Of a stretch of DNA of 64,000 nucleotides, positions 20,551 to 30,507 are shown piece by piece. Below the pieces are notes generated by a model, which worked only from the letters and a program-made list of their open reading frames with translations, was not told where the DNA came from and ran no database searches. The DNA comes from an uncultured delta proteobacterium. GTDB lineage: Bacteria > Desulfobacterota > RBG-13-43-22. The stretch is taken from positions 352,001 through 416,000 of the forward strand of contig CAWJJC010000028.1 of assembly GCA_963843145.1 (NCBI GenBank), read 5' to 3'. A program made the position numbers and the translations under genes. Every line of letters begins with the position of its first letter. The stretch's first letter is position 1.

Positions 20551-21930
20551 TTGGACGAAAGGCTTAAAAAAAACCTGATCGGCCTTGTCGGCCGAGAAAA
20601 TGTTTCCGAGGCCCTGGTAGATCGGATCAACTGTTCGCAGGATTTTTCAGAACATCGCCACCTCCCTGAGGGGACCGTCTGGCCGACTAGCACGGAACAG
20701 GTCTCGGCCGTCCTCCGACTGGCCAATCAGAAACTAATCCCGGTCACCCCCCGAGGGGCGGGCACGGGGGCCACGGGTATGGCCGTGCCCTGCCGGGGGG
20801 GAATCGTCCTCGACCTGGTGCGGATGAATAAAATTTTGAAGATCAGTATTGAAGACCGCTTAGCCGTGGTCCAGCCGGGGGTAGTCTACGCCGACCTGCA
20901 AAGGGCCCTGGGCCGCTTTGGTTTTTTCTTTCCGCCTGATCCGGCCTCGGGCAAAGTGGCTACCCTCGGCGGAAATGTGGCCACCAATGCCGGAGGCATC
21001 AAGGGGGCGAAGTACGGGACCACCAAGGATTATGTGCTCGGGTTGGAAGTGGTTCTTCCCGACGGACGGGTCATGCGCACCGGCTCCAACTGTATGAAGT
21101 CGGTCTCCGGCTACGGCCTGACCCAACTCCTGGTAGCCTCCGAGGGGACTCTGGGGGTGATTACCGAGATCCGACTCAAGATCAATCCACTGCCCGGCGC
21201 CACTTCCACCGGTTTGGCCGCCTTTGACCGGTTGCGGGACGCAGGCCAGGCCGTCACCCAAATTATGTATTCCGGGATTATCCCCAGTGTCTGTGAAATC
21301 CTGGACCGCCGGACCATTGAGCTTCTTCTTCGCCATACCGAAGCGCATTTACCACCGGCGGAGGCGGTCATTTTGGTAGAAACCGACGGCTATACCCCGG
21401 CGGAGACCGAATTTCAAATGAATAAAATCATCGAGGTTTTTCAAAAGAACCGGGCGGTTCAAATCAAGGAAGCCGCTTCGGCCGCCGAAGCAGAAAGTCT
21501 CTGGTCCGCCCGCAAATCCCTGGGCAGTGTGATTATGCGCTTAAAACCGAACTTTTTGGTGGAGGACGTGACCGTTCCCATGTCCAGGATTACTGATCTC
21601 CTGGAAGGGATTGAGACTATCGGCGGTCACTATGGCCTGGACCTGGTCACCTTCGGCCATGCCGGCGACGGGAATCTCCATCCCCACGTCATGTACGACG
21701 GTGCCAACCGGGAAGAAGTGAACCGGGTGCACCAGGCGGCGGCCGACCTCTTCCGGCTGACCTGTCAACTCGGTGGAACGCTGACCGGGGAGCATGGCAT
21801 CGGGTTGAGCAAGGCTCCCTTCATGTCCCTGGAGCACGATCCGGTGGCCTTGGAGATGATGCGCGCCCTAAAGCGGGTTTTCGATCCGGAGAATATCCTC
21901 AATCCGGGAAAGATGGGGCTGGAGGTTTAA
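20551..21930 (+). CDS. FAD-linked 2-hydroxyacid dehydrogenase (GlcD-like)
   Basis: PRGAGTG, GGNVATNAGG, HAGDGNLH, GEHGIG, NPGK motifs. Confidence 0.92.
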   Translation: MDERLKKNLIGLVGRENVSEALVDRINCSQDFSEHRHLPEGTVWPTSTEQVSAVLRLANQKLIPVTPRGAGTGATGMAVPCRGGIVLDLVRMNKILKISIEDRLAVVQPGVVYADLQRALGRFGFFFPPDPASGKVATLGGNVATNAGGIKGAKYGTTKDYVLGLEVVLPDGRVMRTGSNCMKSVSGYGLTQLLVASEGTLGVITEIRLKINPLPGATSTGLAAFDRLRDAGQAVTQIMYSGIIPSVCEILDRRTIELLLRHTEAHLPPAEAVILVETDGYTPAETEFQMNKIIEVFQKNRAVQIKEAASAAEAESLWSARKSLGSVIMRLKPNFLVEDVTVPMSRITDLLEGIETIGGHYGLDLVTFGHAGDGNLHPHVMYDGANREEVNRVHQAAADLFRLTCQLGGTLTGEHGIGLSKAPFMSLEHDPVALEMMRALKRVFDPENILNPGKMGLEV

Positions 21931-23049
21931 ATGGCGGGTGGCTCGACTCTCGGGGAGAGATACCGGGATCAGATTTCCCGCTGTTCGCGTTGCGGATTTT
22001 GTCAGGTTTCCTGCCCGGTGTATGGGGCCACGCTCCGGCCGGCGGTCAACCCCCGGGGAAAGATGCTTATTCTCAAGGAGCTTATGGAAGGGCGGCTGGC
22101 CTTCGACCAGGACCTGCAGGAAGTTTTCTATCAGTGTACCCTTTGCGCCAATTGCGCCTTGAATTGTCCCGCCGGGGTTGATGTGGCCAAGGTCCTCCTG
22201 GAGGCCCGGAAAGAGATGGTCAGGACGGGGAACGGTCACCCGGTATTCGCAGGGCTCCAACAGGTCCTGGCCGGGCAGGATAATATCTATGGGGAAGAGC
22301 GGGGGGATCATTTCGGAAGGGAAAAGAATAAGCGCGCCGAATACGTTTTCTTTGTCGGTTGCGTAGGGTCTTTCCGGGAAATCGAATCCACTCGGCAAAT
22401 CCTGGCCCTTCTGGACCGACTGAAGGTGGATTACACCTTGATCGACGAGTCCTGCTGCCGCGGCATCCTGGAAGAGGTCGGTTACCCGATCGGTGAGGGT
22501 CGGATCAGGGAAAATTGTCAGCGCATATTTGAGACGGGGGCTAAAACCGTCATTACCGGCTGTCCCTACTGCTTTCGGACTTTTAACCGGACCCCGGCTT
22601 ACGGGCCGCTCAGGGATCGGGGAATCGAGATTGTTCATCTGACTCAGTTTTTGGAGGCCTTAGACTTCGGCATCACCACGAAAAAAAGGATCACCTACCA
22701 TGATCCCTGTGACCTGGGGAGGCACTCAAAGCTTTACGCCGAACCCCGCCGGATCATCCAGCGGATTGCCCCGAACTTTGTGGAAATGGCGCACAACCAG
22801 GACCAAGCCCTCTGCTGCGGTGCGGGAGGAGGGATGCGGGCCGCTTATCCCGGGATGTCCATTAAAATGGCCGGCATTTGTTTGCGGGAGGCCACGGATA
22901 GTGGGGCCGATATACTTTTGACCAATTGCAACTCCTGTTTACACAATTTGTCCAATGCCCAAAAAAGATATTCCTTTTTTCGGAAAGATAAATTAAGCCT
23001 TTATACCCTGGGCCAATACCTCAATCTCCTCCTGGATGGGGCCGATTGA
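21931..23049 (+). CDS. (Fe-S)-binding CCG-domain protein (GlcF/HdrD-like)
   Basis: Two CxxCxxCxxxCP motifs, CCR and CCG motifs, YHDPC. Confidence 0.9.
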   Translation: MAGGSTLGERYRDQISRCSRCGFCQVSCPVYGATLRPAVNPRGKMLILKELMEGRLAFDQDLQEVFYQCTLCANCALNCPAGVDVAKVLLEARKEMVRTGNGHPVFAGLQQVLAGQDNIYGEERGDHFGREKNKRAEYVFFVGCVGSFREIESTRQILALLDRLKVDYTLIDESCCRGILEEVGYPIGEGRIRENCQRIFETGAKTVITGCPYCFRTFNRTPAYGPLRDRGIEIVHLTQFLEALDFGITTKKRITYHDPCDLGRHSKLYAEPRRIIQRIAPNFVEMAHNQDQALCCGAGGGMRAAYPGMSIKMAGICLREATDSGADILLTNCNSCLHNLSNAQKRYSFFRKDKLSLYTLGQYLNLLLDGAD

Positions 23050-23332
23050 ACCGGGAAGGAGAGGGGAAGGTAAACTCAGCGCTTAGATCGGAACTTGTCA
23101 AGGGATATTAAATGGTTCCATGGCCAGGGGCTTCCTTTTTTGCTTGACAATTTTTTAGCTCAGCCAGTATACTCCCGGCATGACTATATTATAATTATAA
23201 TGTATTTAATTTATGGCGATAAACAGGAACTTTGGGCGAAAAAGGAGGTGAGGGAGGCGAATTAGCAAGCCTTCATATCCATTGGCCGGATCGCACGCTT
23301 AACAGTCGATAACCATTCAGAGGAGGTAAGGC

Positions 23333-24355
23333 ATGTTTAAAAAAGGATTATCTTTTATGGTTGGAGGGTGTTTTTTTCTTTCCATTCTTTTGCTTGGGGT
23401 TAGCCCTTCTCAGGCCAAGACGATCGAACTTACCTATTCCATTTTCTTTCCCGCTACCCATACCCATACGGTATTAGCAACCGAATGGGCTAAGGAGATA
23501 GAAAAACGGACCAACGGGGCAGTAAAGATTACCATGTTTCCGGGCGCCACGTTGACGCCGGCCAACCAGTGCTACGATGGCGTAGTTAAAGGGATCTCGG
23601 ACATCGGCATGTCGGTGCTTAGTTACACGGCCGGGCGTTTTCCCTTAACGGAGGTCATCGACATGCCGCTGGGATATAAAAGCGGCTCCCAGGCCACCCG
23701 GTTGTGCAATGCCTACTACCAAAAGTTTCAACCCAAGGAATTGGACGATGTCAAGGTGATGTACCTTCATGGGCACGGTCCGGGCCTCCTCAATACCCGG
23801 GATAAACCAATATCTAAAATGGAAGAACTGAAGGGAATGAAGATCCGCTGCACCGGGACTACCGCCAAACTGGTCTCCCATTTAGGGGCCACGCCGGTGG
23901 CCATGCCCCAGACCGAGACCTACGATGCCGTCCAGAAAGGGGTGGTGGAAGGCCTGATGTCGCCTATTGAAACGTTAAAGGGATGGAAATTCGCGGAAGT
24001 GGTTAAATATACCACGTTGAACTACGGCACAGCCTATTCCATGGCCTTCTTTGTGGTCATGAACAAACAAAAGTGGGCCTCTTTGCCCAAAGAAGTCCAA
24101 ACGGTCATTCAGAAGGTGAATGAGGAATGGATCGAAAAAACGGCCAAGGCCTGGGACGATATTGATAAGTCCGGCCTGGAATTTGCCAAGTCCAAGGGGC
24201 ATCAATTTATACCCTTGTCCAAGCAGGAAGACGAACGCTGGGCCCAGGCGGCCCGGCCCATGTTTGCCGAATATGCTCAGGCCATGAAAGGCAAGGGACT
24301 GCCCGGCGAAGAAGCTTTGAATTTTTGCTTAACCTGGTTGAAGAAAAATCCCTAA
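23333..24355 (+). CDS. dctP: TRAP substrate-binding protein
   Basis: Signal peptide, LKGMKIR, ETYDAVQKGVVEG. Confidence 0.92.
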   Translation: MFKKGLSFMVGGCFFLSILLLGVSPSQAKTIELTYSIFFPATHTHTVLATEWAKEIEKRTNGAVKITMFPGATLTPANQCYDGVVKGISDIGMSVLSYTAGRFPLTEVIDMPLGYKSGSQATRLCNAYYQKFQPKELDDVKVMYLHGHGPGLLNTRDKPISKMEELKGMKIRCTGTTAKLVSHLGATPVAMPQTETYDAVQKGVVEGLMSPIETLKGWKFAEVVKYTTLNYGTAYSMAFFVVMNKQKWASLPKEVQTVIQKVNEEWIEKTAKAWDDIDKSGLEFAKSKGHQFIPLSKQEDERWAQAARPMFAEYAQAMKGKGLPGEEALNFCLTWLKKNP

Positions 24356-24379
24356 ATTTAATCGTTGGCCCTCCGATTC

Positions 24380-24426
24380 GGTATTCCCTTCGACCTTCCA
24401 GAGCCGGGAGGTTAAAGGGAATACCA
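24380..24426 (+). terminator. Intergenic stem-loop after dctP (mRNA stabiliser or attenuator)
   Basis: GGTATTCCCTT...AAGGGAATACC inverted repeat. Confidence 0.5.
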
Positions 24427-24465
24427 TTTCAATAAACAATTTGTTCTAGCCAGGGGAGCAGCCCC

Positions 24466-24945
24466 ATGAATATTTTGGTTAATAGCATCCACAAAGTTTC
24501 CCGCCTCATGTACTGGATCGCGGGAATCGCCTTGGCCGGGATCATGTCTTTGACCGTGGCCGACGTCTTTTTGCGGTATTTTAAGCTGCCCATTGAAGGG
24601 ACTTTTGAGATCGTCTCTTTAATGGGGGCAGTGGTTATTGGCTTTGCCATTCCCCAGACCACCATTGAACGCGGGCACGTACTGATGGATTTTTTGACCG
24701 AACGACTTTCCTTTGGCGGGCAGCGGGTCCTGCACCTGGTTACCCGATTATTGGGCAGCTTTACTTTTTTGATCATCGGCTGGAACCTTTTTAAGCTGGG
24801 TAACGATCATCTGGCCAACGGCCAGGTCACTTTGACGTTGAAATTCCCTGAATACCCGGTGGCTTATGGGATCGCCTTTTGCTGTCTCTTGGAGTCTCTG
24901 GTTTTGTTGACTGACCTGATCAAAAAAAAGGGGGCGGAAGTATGA
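24466..24945 (+). CDS. dctQ: TRAP transporter small permease
   Basis: 4 TM, DVFLRY and GHV motifs. Confidence 0.88.
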   Translation: MNILVNSIHKVSRLMYWIAGIALAGIMSLTVADVFLRYFKLPIEGTFEIVSLMGAVVIGFAIPQTTIERGHVLMDFLTERLSFGGQRVLHLVTRLLGSFTFLIIGWNLFKLGNDHLANGQVTLTLKFPEYPVAYGIAFCCLLESLVLLTDLIKKKGAEV

Positions 24946-26243
24946 GTTTCGGTATCATCGGCCTGCTGACGGTAATTCTCCTGTTTGTCCTCTTTCTTTT
25001 GGGCCTGGAAATCGGTTTTTCCATGGCCCTGGCCGGATTTATCGGTTTTGCCGCTATCGTCAATGTCCCCGCGGCCCTGAACCTGGTGGCCAAGGACATT
25101 TATAGTGTCTTTTCCTCCTACGGGTTCACGGTCATACCTCTCTTTGTCTTGATGGGACAAATAGGGGCCAGCGGCGGGGTGGCCCGAAATCTCTATGACG
25201 CAGCCTATAAATTTATCGGCCATATCCCGGGAGGGCTGGCCATCGGGACCGTCGGGGCCGCCACGGCCTTCAAGGCCATCTGCGGTTCCTCTCCGGCCAC
25301 GGCCGCCACTTTTGCCACCATCGCCGTCCCGGAGATGGACCGCTATGGTTATGACAAACGGCTTTCTTGCGGTACCGTGGCTACCGTCGGGACCCTGGGA
25401 GTTTTAATCCCGCCCAGCGTAACCCTGATCATCTACGGCATCCTGACCGAGACCTCCATCGGCAAGTTATTTTTAGCAGGGATCATCCCCGGATTGATCA
25501 TCGCTTTTTCTTTTGTGGTTACCCTCTACGGGTGGTGCAAAATCAACCCCAAGCTGGGGCCCAAGGGGCGTAAATCCACCTGGAAGGAACGGTTCGCCTC
25601 TTTGCCCCAGGTCTTTTGGGTGGCCGTGATTTTTGTCCTGGTGGTCGGGGGGTTGATGTGGGGTTTTTTTACCCCAACCGAGGCCGGCAGTATCGGGACC
25701 TTTGCGGTGCTCATCCTCACCCTGGCTAAAAGGGATATGAACCTGAAGCGTTTTATCAAGGCGATTCAGGATACCTTGCGGATCAGTTGCATGGTGATTA
25801 CCCTGATCGCCGGGGCCACTATTCTGGGTCATTTTTTCGCGGTGACCCGGACCCCTTATCTCGTGGCCGATTGGCTGGGCGGCCTGCCTTTGGATCGTAA
25901 TCTGATCATGATTCTCATTTTTGTTATTTATCTGATCGGCGGCTCCTTCATCGAGGACTTGGCTTTTCTCATCCTGGCTACCCCCATTTTTCTGCCCTTG
26001 GTCCTCAAATTGGGGTATGACCCGGTGTGGTTCGGGGTCATCGTCTGCGTCATTACCATGATCGGCATCATCCTGCCGCCCATGGCCATCAATGTCTTTG
26101 TTGTCGCCGGGGTAACGAAGGTGCCCATCGGCACCATTTATAAAGGCATTTACCCCTTTATTGTGGGCATGTACATTTGTCTATTTATTTTTCTGTTTTT
26201 CCCCCAGATCTCCCTCTGGCTGCCTAATTTAATTATGAAATGA
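24942..26243 (+). CDS. dctM: TRAP transporter large permease
   Basis: LIPPS and TPTEAG motifs, many TM helices. Confidence 0.92.
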   Translation: MSFGIIGLLTVILLFVLFLLGLEIGFSMALAGFIGFAAIVNVPAALNLVAKDIYSVFSSYGFTVIPLFVLMGQIGASGGVARNLYDAAYKFIGHIPGGLAIGTVGAATAFKAICGSSPATAATFATIAVPEMDRYGYDKRLSCGTVATVGTLGVLIPPSVTLIIYGILTETSIGKLFLAGIIPGLIIAFSFVVTLYGWCKINPKLGPKGRKSTWKERFASLPQVFWVAVIFVLVVGGLMWGFFTPTEAGSIGTFAVLILTLAKRDMNLKRFIKAIQDTLRISCMVITLIAGATILGHFFAVTRTPYLVADWLGGLPLDRNLIMILIFVIYLIGGSFIEDLAFLILATPIFLPLVLKLGYDPVWFGVIVCVITMIGIILPPMAINVFVVAGVTKVPIGTIYKGIYPFIVGMYICLFIFLFFPQISLWLPNLIMK

Positions 26244-26255
26244 GGCGAGGTGGCT

Positions 26256-27725
26256 ATGAATCCCTTCAAGGTGCTATTCGTTTCACCGGAAGTCGTGCCT
26301 TTTGCCAAAACCGGCGGGTTGGCCGATGTGGCCGGTTCACTGCCCAAGGCGTTGAAAAGATTAGGCTGCGATGTGCGTCTGGTCATGCCGCTCTACCGCA
26401 TGGTCCGGCAGGGCAATTTCTCTCTGAAAAAAACACTGGAGGGGATCCGGGTCCCGGTGGGCGGACGGACCATTGAAGTGGATATTTACGAATCGACCCT
26501 GGCGGAAGGACTCCCGGTTTATTTTATTGAGCGGGATGAATTTTTCGATCGCAGTTACCTTTACGGCACTTCTCGAGGGGACTATTTTGACAACGACCAG
26601 CGCTTCGTCCTCTTCTGCCAGGCAACCCTGGCCCTGGCTCCCCTGATCTCCTTTCAACCGGATGTCTTTCATGGCCACGACTGGCAGACGGGTTTGATTC
26701 CGGCCTACTTGCATTTCCTTCGGACCCGGGACTCCTTTTGGGCCAACACGGCCAGTATTTTCACCATCCACAATATCGCCTATCAGGGGATATTTGACCC
26801 GGACATCATCCCTCTGGCCGGCCTGCCCTGGGAGACCTACAACCCTTCCGGACTGGAATTCTGGGGATCGGTCAACCTCTTGAAGTCTGGGATCGTCTAC
26901 AGCCAGATCATCAATACCGTAAGCCGGAAATACGGTCAGGAAATCCAAACCGAAGAATACGGATACGGTTTGGAGGGGATTCTCTCGTACCGTCGGAATG
27001 ACCTTTTCGGCATCATCAATGGCGTTGATTATGAGTCCTGGAACCCCCAAACAGACCCCTTAATCGCCGCTGCTTTTGGGGCAGACGACCTTTCGGGGAA
27101 AATGGCCTGCAAGGTCGATCTGCTGAAGCAATTCAACCTTTCGGAGGAACGGCAGGTCTATCCGCTATTGGGGGTTATCTCCCGCCTGGCCGACCAGAAA
27201 GGGTTTGACCTGCTGGCCGCAGTCATGGACCGACTGATCGAGAAAGAGGTAACCCTGGTAGTTCTGGGAACAGGTGAGGAGAAATACCATCAACTCTTTT
27301 CCGATCTGGCGGCGAAGTTCCCCCAAAAAATCGGCCTGCGATTGGCTTATGATAACACCCTGGCTCACAAAATTGAGGCCGGGAGCGATATGTTCCTCAT
27401 GCCTTCCCGTTACGAACCCTGTGGGTTGAATCAGATATACAGCCTGAAATACGGAACGATTCCCATTGTGCGGGCTACCGGCGGCCTGGACGATACCATC
27501 CAGCCTTTCAAATCCCTGGATCAGTCGGGTACCGGGTTTAAATTCCAGGAATACCAGGCCGAGGCCTTCTGGCAGTCTCTGGAGGAGGCTTTGGAAACCT
27601 ATGGAATTCCCCATCTCTGGCGGGCGCTGATGCGCAATGCCATGTCCCAGGACTTTTCCTGGGAGAATTCCGCCCGCGAGTACCTGCGCCTGTATCAACT
27701 GGCCCGGGATCGTCTCAGCGCTTGA
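26256..27725 (+). CDS. glgA: Glycogen synthase
   Basis: KTGGLADV, HDWQTG and PSRYEPCGL motifs. Confidence 0.95.
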   Translation: MNPFKVLFVSPEVVPFAKTGGLADVAGSLPKALKRLGCDVRLVMPLYRMVRQGNFSLKKTLEGIRVPVGGRTIEVDIYESTLAEGLPVYFIERDEFFDRSYLYGTSRGDYFDNDQRFVLFCQATLALAPLISFQPDVFHGHDWQTGLIPAYLHFLRTRDSFWANTASIFTIHNIAYQGIFDPDIIPLAGLPWETYNPSGLEFWGSVNLLKSGIVYSQIINTVSRKYGQEIQTEEYGYGLEGILSYRRNDLFGIINGVDYESWNPQTDPLIAAAFGADDLSGKMACKVDLLKQFNLSEERQVYPLLGVISRLADQKGFDLLAAVMDRLIEKEVTLVVLGTGEEKYHQLFSDLAAKFPQKIGLRLAYDNTLAHKIEAGSDMFLMPSRYEPCGLNQIYSLKYGTIPIVRATGGLDDTIQPFKSLDQSGTGFKFQEYQAEAFWQSLEEALETYGIPHLWRALMRNAMSQDFSWENSAREYLRLYQLARDRLSA

Positions 27726-27744
27726 GAAAATCGGCAGGGAGGTT

Positions 27745-27872
27745 CGACCTGAGTGACTCGACTAAGCCTTTTCGGCAAGCTCAAGGCCCTGAGCGACTCG
27801 ACTGAGCCTTTTCGGGAAGCTCAAGGCCCTGAGCCTGTCGAAGGGCTCGCCGAAGTCCTGTCGAAGGGCTCG
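27745..27872. repeat. Palindromic repeat cluster (CCTGAGCCTGTCGAAGGG / TCGACTGAGC family)
   Basis: Tandem degenerate units GAGYGACTCGACTRAGCCTTTTCGG.AAGCTCAAGGCCCTGAGC and CCTGTCGAAGGGCTCG x2. Confidence 0.7.
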
Positions 27873-27950
27873 TCGACAAGTCTCGCCGCTGGGTCTCATC
27901 GCCGGCCGATACAAAAACGAAGCTCTAAAATCCAAATGGTCATAGCCAGA

Positions 27951-28475
27951 ATGGTTCGATTTTTGAAGATATTCCTCCGTTCCCGGATGTTGACGGGAGC
28001 GCTGATGCTGATCCTGGTTTACGGCCTGGGTGCCGGCCTTTCCCCGGCCGGGCCACCCGATAGGGAGTGGAAAAGCGGGTCGGATAAGTTGAACCTGACT
28101 GACGATCAGGCGCAAACCCTTCTGGAACTTCGGAACAGGTTTCGTCAGGAAATGATTCAGGTCCGGAAAAAAATGGCGAGTAAGCGGTTGGAACTGCGGA
28201 CCTTGAGTGAAGAAGAATTTCAAGGCCCTCGAGGGGAAGAAATTCGAAAAGAACTCCAGGCCCTTTTCCTGAACGGCCGGGAAAGGGCTTTGGTGTATCA
28301 AGCGGAGGCCCTGAAGATTCTGCGGGCGGACCAGAAAGAGAAACTCCCTCCCGGAAGCGACCTGGGTTTTCGCTGCCATTGGGGTTTTTTTATGGGGGGA
28401 GGCTTCGGCAGGGATTTCCATAGAAACCGAAACCACCCTGGTCTTCCGTCGGAGAACCCCCCGAGTCGACCCTAA
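27951..28475 (+). CDS. Spy/CpxP/ZraP-like periplasmic protein
   Basis: Signal-like N-terminus, LNLTDDQ and ILRADQ LTxxQ-like motifs, upstream of a kinase; start uncertain. Confidence 0.7.
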   Translation: MVRFLKIFLRSRMLTGALMLILVYGLGAGLSPAGPPDREWKSGSDKLNLTDDQAQTLLELRNRFRQEMIQVRKKMASKRLELRTLSEEEFQGPRGEEIRKELQALFLNGRERALVYQAEALKILRADQKEKLPPGSDLGFRCHWGFFMGGGFGRDFHRNRNHPGLPSENPPSRP

Positions 28476-28538
28476 CCCCAAAATCAGATATTTTAGGGTA
28501 GGAAGCCTTCCCGTTAATCCTTGAGCAGGCTCCGGACC

Positions 28539-30293
28539 ATGAATCAACGAGCTTTTCATTATGCCTACTATTTGCTTCCGGTCCTGGCGGTTCTAATCCT
28601 GTTGCTGTTGATCAACGGATATTTTGAAATTCAGCGGACCCGAGCCCAGTTGTTCGACCTCCTGGAGACGGAAGGACAACTGCTCATCCGGGGGATTGAC
28701 ACCAATGCCACCAATCTGATCAAACGTTTTCTGGACGTCGGCCGCCAGTCGCCGGTCACGAACCTCCGGGAGACACTGGAAACGGACCCGTTGCTCGGGC
28801 TGGAGGATATCCTCATCGAGCGACTGGTCGACCTGGGCCTGCGGTTGGATCAGGAAGCGGCGAAGAAATCCGGAGATTCCGGGTATCGGAGCGGGTTGAT
28901 AGCCAAGACCGGATTGGCGCATATCGAATTTATCGCCCCGCCTCGGGAAGACCGGTCCCAGATGCCGCGTTACCGGGAGTTCTTGAAAAATCCATCTTTT
29001 CAGAAGCTGTTAAATGGTCAATCCCGGCTTTTTCTTTCCCGAAAAGAGCCGGGAAAGGAGAGTCCTTTTCCCCTGACGCTGGCCCTGGCCCGGCGTTTTG
29101 ACCGAGGCTTTATTTTGATACGTATCTCCCCGGAAGAATACCGTTTCCTGGGGGAGCAGATCATTATCCAGGGATTGATCAATGAATTTTTCGGGAAAGG
29201 AAATCTGGCCTACCTGGAAATCCTGGATTCCCGAAAACGGGTTTTGGGAGAAGCAGGGAACGGGTCAGCGGCCAACCCGCCAACGGTTGAATGGAAAAAA
29301 CCCTGGCCGGGGAAAGAAGCCCCTTTGGCTTGGATAAAAAGATCCGATGGTGAATTTTTAGAACTGTCCCGGGCCTTCGCCCCGGACGGACGGTCTCCAG
29401 GCTCTATCCGGCTGGGCCTGTCCCTTAAGGGAATCACTCCCATACTCTATCAATCCCAGAAGCGTATTCTCCTCATGACCGCCGTGCTTTTAGCCTTGGG
29501 CATAGTCAGCTTTATTATCATTTTTCAAATCCAAAACCGCCATTTCAGCAAAATAAAGGAACTGGAGGAGCAGATGCGGCTTCAGGAAGAACTGTCCGCC
29601 ATGGGCCAACTAGCGGCCGGTGTGGCCCATGAGATCAAGAACCCCCTGAACGCCATCGGCCTGGTTGTGCAACGTCTTCAAAAAGAGTTCCGCTGGGTGG
29701 ACCCTCAAGGGCAGCAGGAATACGAGCGGTTTACCGGAATCGTCCGGGACGAGATCAGCCGGGTCAATAAAATCATTGAACAGTTTCTATTTGTGGCCCG
29801 GCCGTTCCAGTCGGAATTCAAAGACCAGGCCGTGGAGGAAATTCTGGATTACGTCTTGAACCTGCTGGAGGAGGCCATAACAGGCAGCGGGATAGCACTG
29901 GAGAAAAACTGGGAAAAGGATCTGCCGCCCGTGCGGGGAGATCGCTCCCAGTTGACCCAGGCCTTTCTGAACCTGCTCAATAACGCGCTGGAAGCGATGC
30001 CCGGGGGCGGTCGTTTGAAGCTGGTCCTAAAATCAATCCCGGGATTGAATGCCATTGAATTGCGGATTGAGGACAGCGGGCCCGGGATTCCTCCGGAAAA
30101 TCTGAAAAAGGTTTTTGCCCACTATTTTACCACCAAGGAAAAGGGGATCGGCTTGGGTCTGGCCATTACCCAAAAGATCATCCGGGGCCATAAAGGCAGC
30201 CTGGTAGTACGCAGCCTCCCAGGACAGGGGACGACGGTCAGGATTCGTCTCCCGGTAACGGAGAAGAAAATAAACGGCCCATTTTTCTGTTGA
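28539..30293 (+). CDS. Membrane sensor histidine kinase (ZraS/NtrB-like)
   Basis: 2 TM, AHEIKNPL H-box, GIGLGL G2 box. Confidence 0.92.
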   Translation: MNQRAFHYAYYLLPVLAVLILLLLINGYFEIQRTRAQLFDLLETEGQLLIRGIDTNATNLIKRFLDVGRQSPVTNLRETLETDPLLGLEDILIERLVDLGLRLDQEAAKKSGDSGYRSGLIAKTGLAHIEFIAPPREDRSQMPRYREFLKNPSFQKLLNGQSRLFLSRKEPGKESPFPLTLALARRFDRGFILIRISPEEYRFLGEQIIIQGLINEFFGKGNLAYLEILDSRKRVLGEAGNGSAANPPTVEWKKPWPGKEAPLAWIKRSDGEFLELSRAFAPDGRSPGSIRLGLSLKGITPILYQSQKRILLMTAVLLALGIVSFIIIFQIQNRHFSKIKELEEQMRLQEELSAMGQLAAGVAHEIKNPLNAIGLVVQRLQKEFRWVDPQGQQEYERFTGIVRDEISRVNKIIEQFLFVARPFQSEFKDQAVEEILDYVLNLLEEAITGSGIALEKNWEKDLPPVRGDRSQLTQAFLNLLNNALEAMPGGGRLKLVLKSIPGLNAIELRIEDSGPGIPPENLKKVFAHYFTTKEKGIGLGLAITQKIIRGHKGSLVVRSLPGQGTTVRIRLPVTEKKINGPFFC

Positions 30294-30348
30294 CAAATTG
30301 TTGAGATATGCTGTTTATTTAATAGTATTCATAATTCGCTAAGACTTT

Positions 30349-30464
30349 TGATAAACTTCCCCACCTAATCTGAACTGACCAAGGATCTGGAAATGAAGTG
30401 GGAGTATCATCAGGCTGCGGTAGGAAGCCTCCGGGGGGGTCAAACCCATTGGAAGGCTTTTTTT
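30349..30464 (+). promoter_or_regulatory. Structured leader/intergenic RNA ending in an intrinsic terminator upstream of the selenoprotein gene
   Basis: TGATA..CTTCCCCAC/GTGGGAG-TATCA stem (30349-30409), then AAGCCTCC...GGAAGGCTT and T-run (30425-30464). Confidence 0.5.
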
Positions 30465-30507
30465 GTTTAGGCTATTCAAAAATTTTCCAAGTTAGGGAGG
30501 CGCCAGG

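Noticed and set aside
27745-27872. CRISPR array
   Set aside because: The units are degenerate and lack unique spacers, and there are no cas genes
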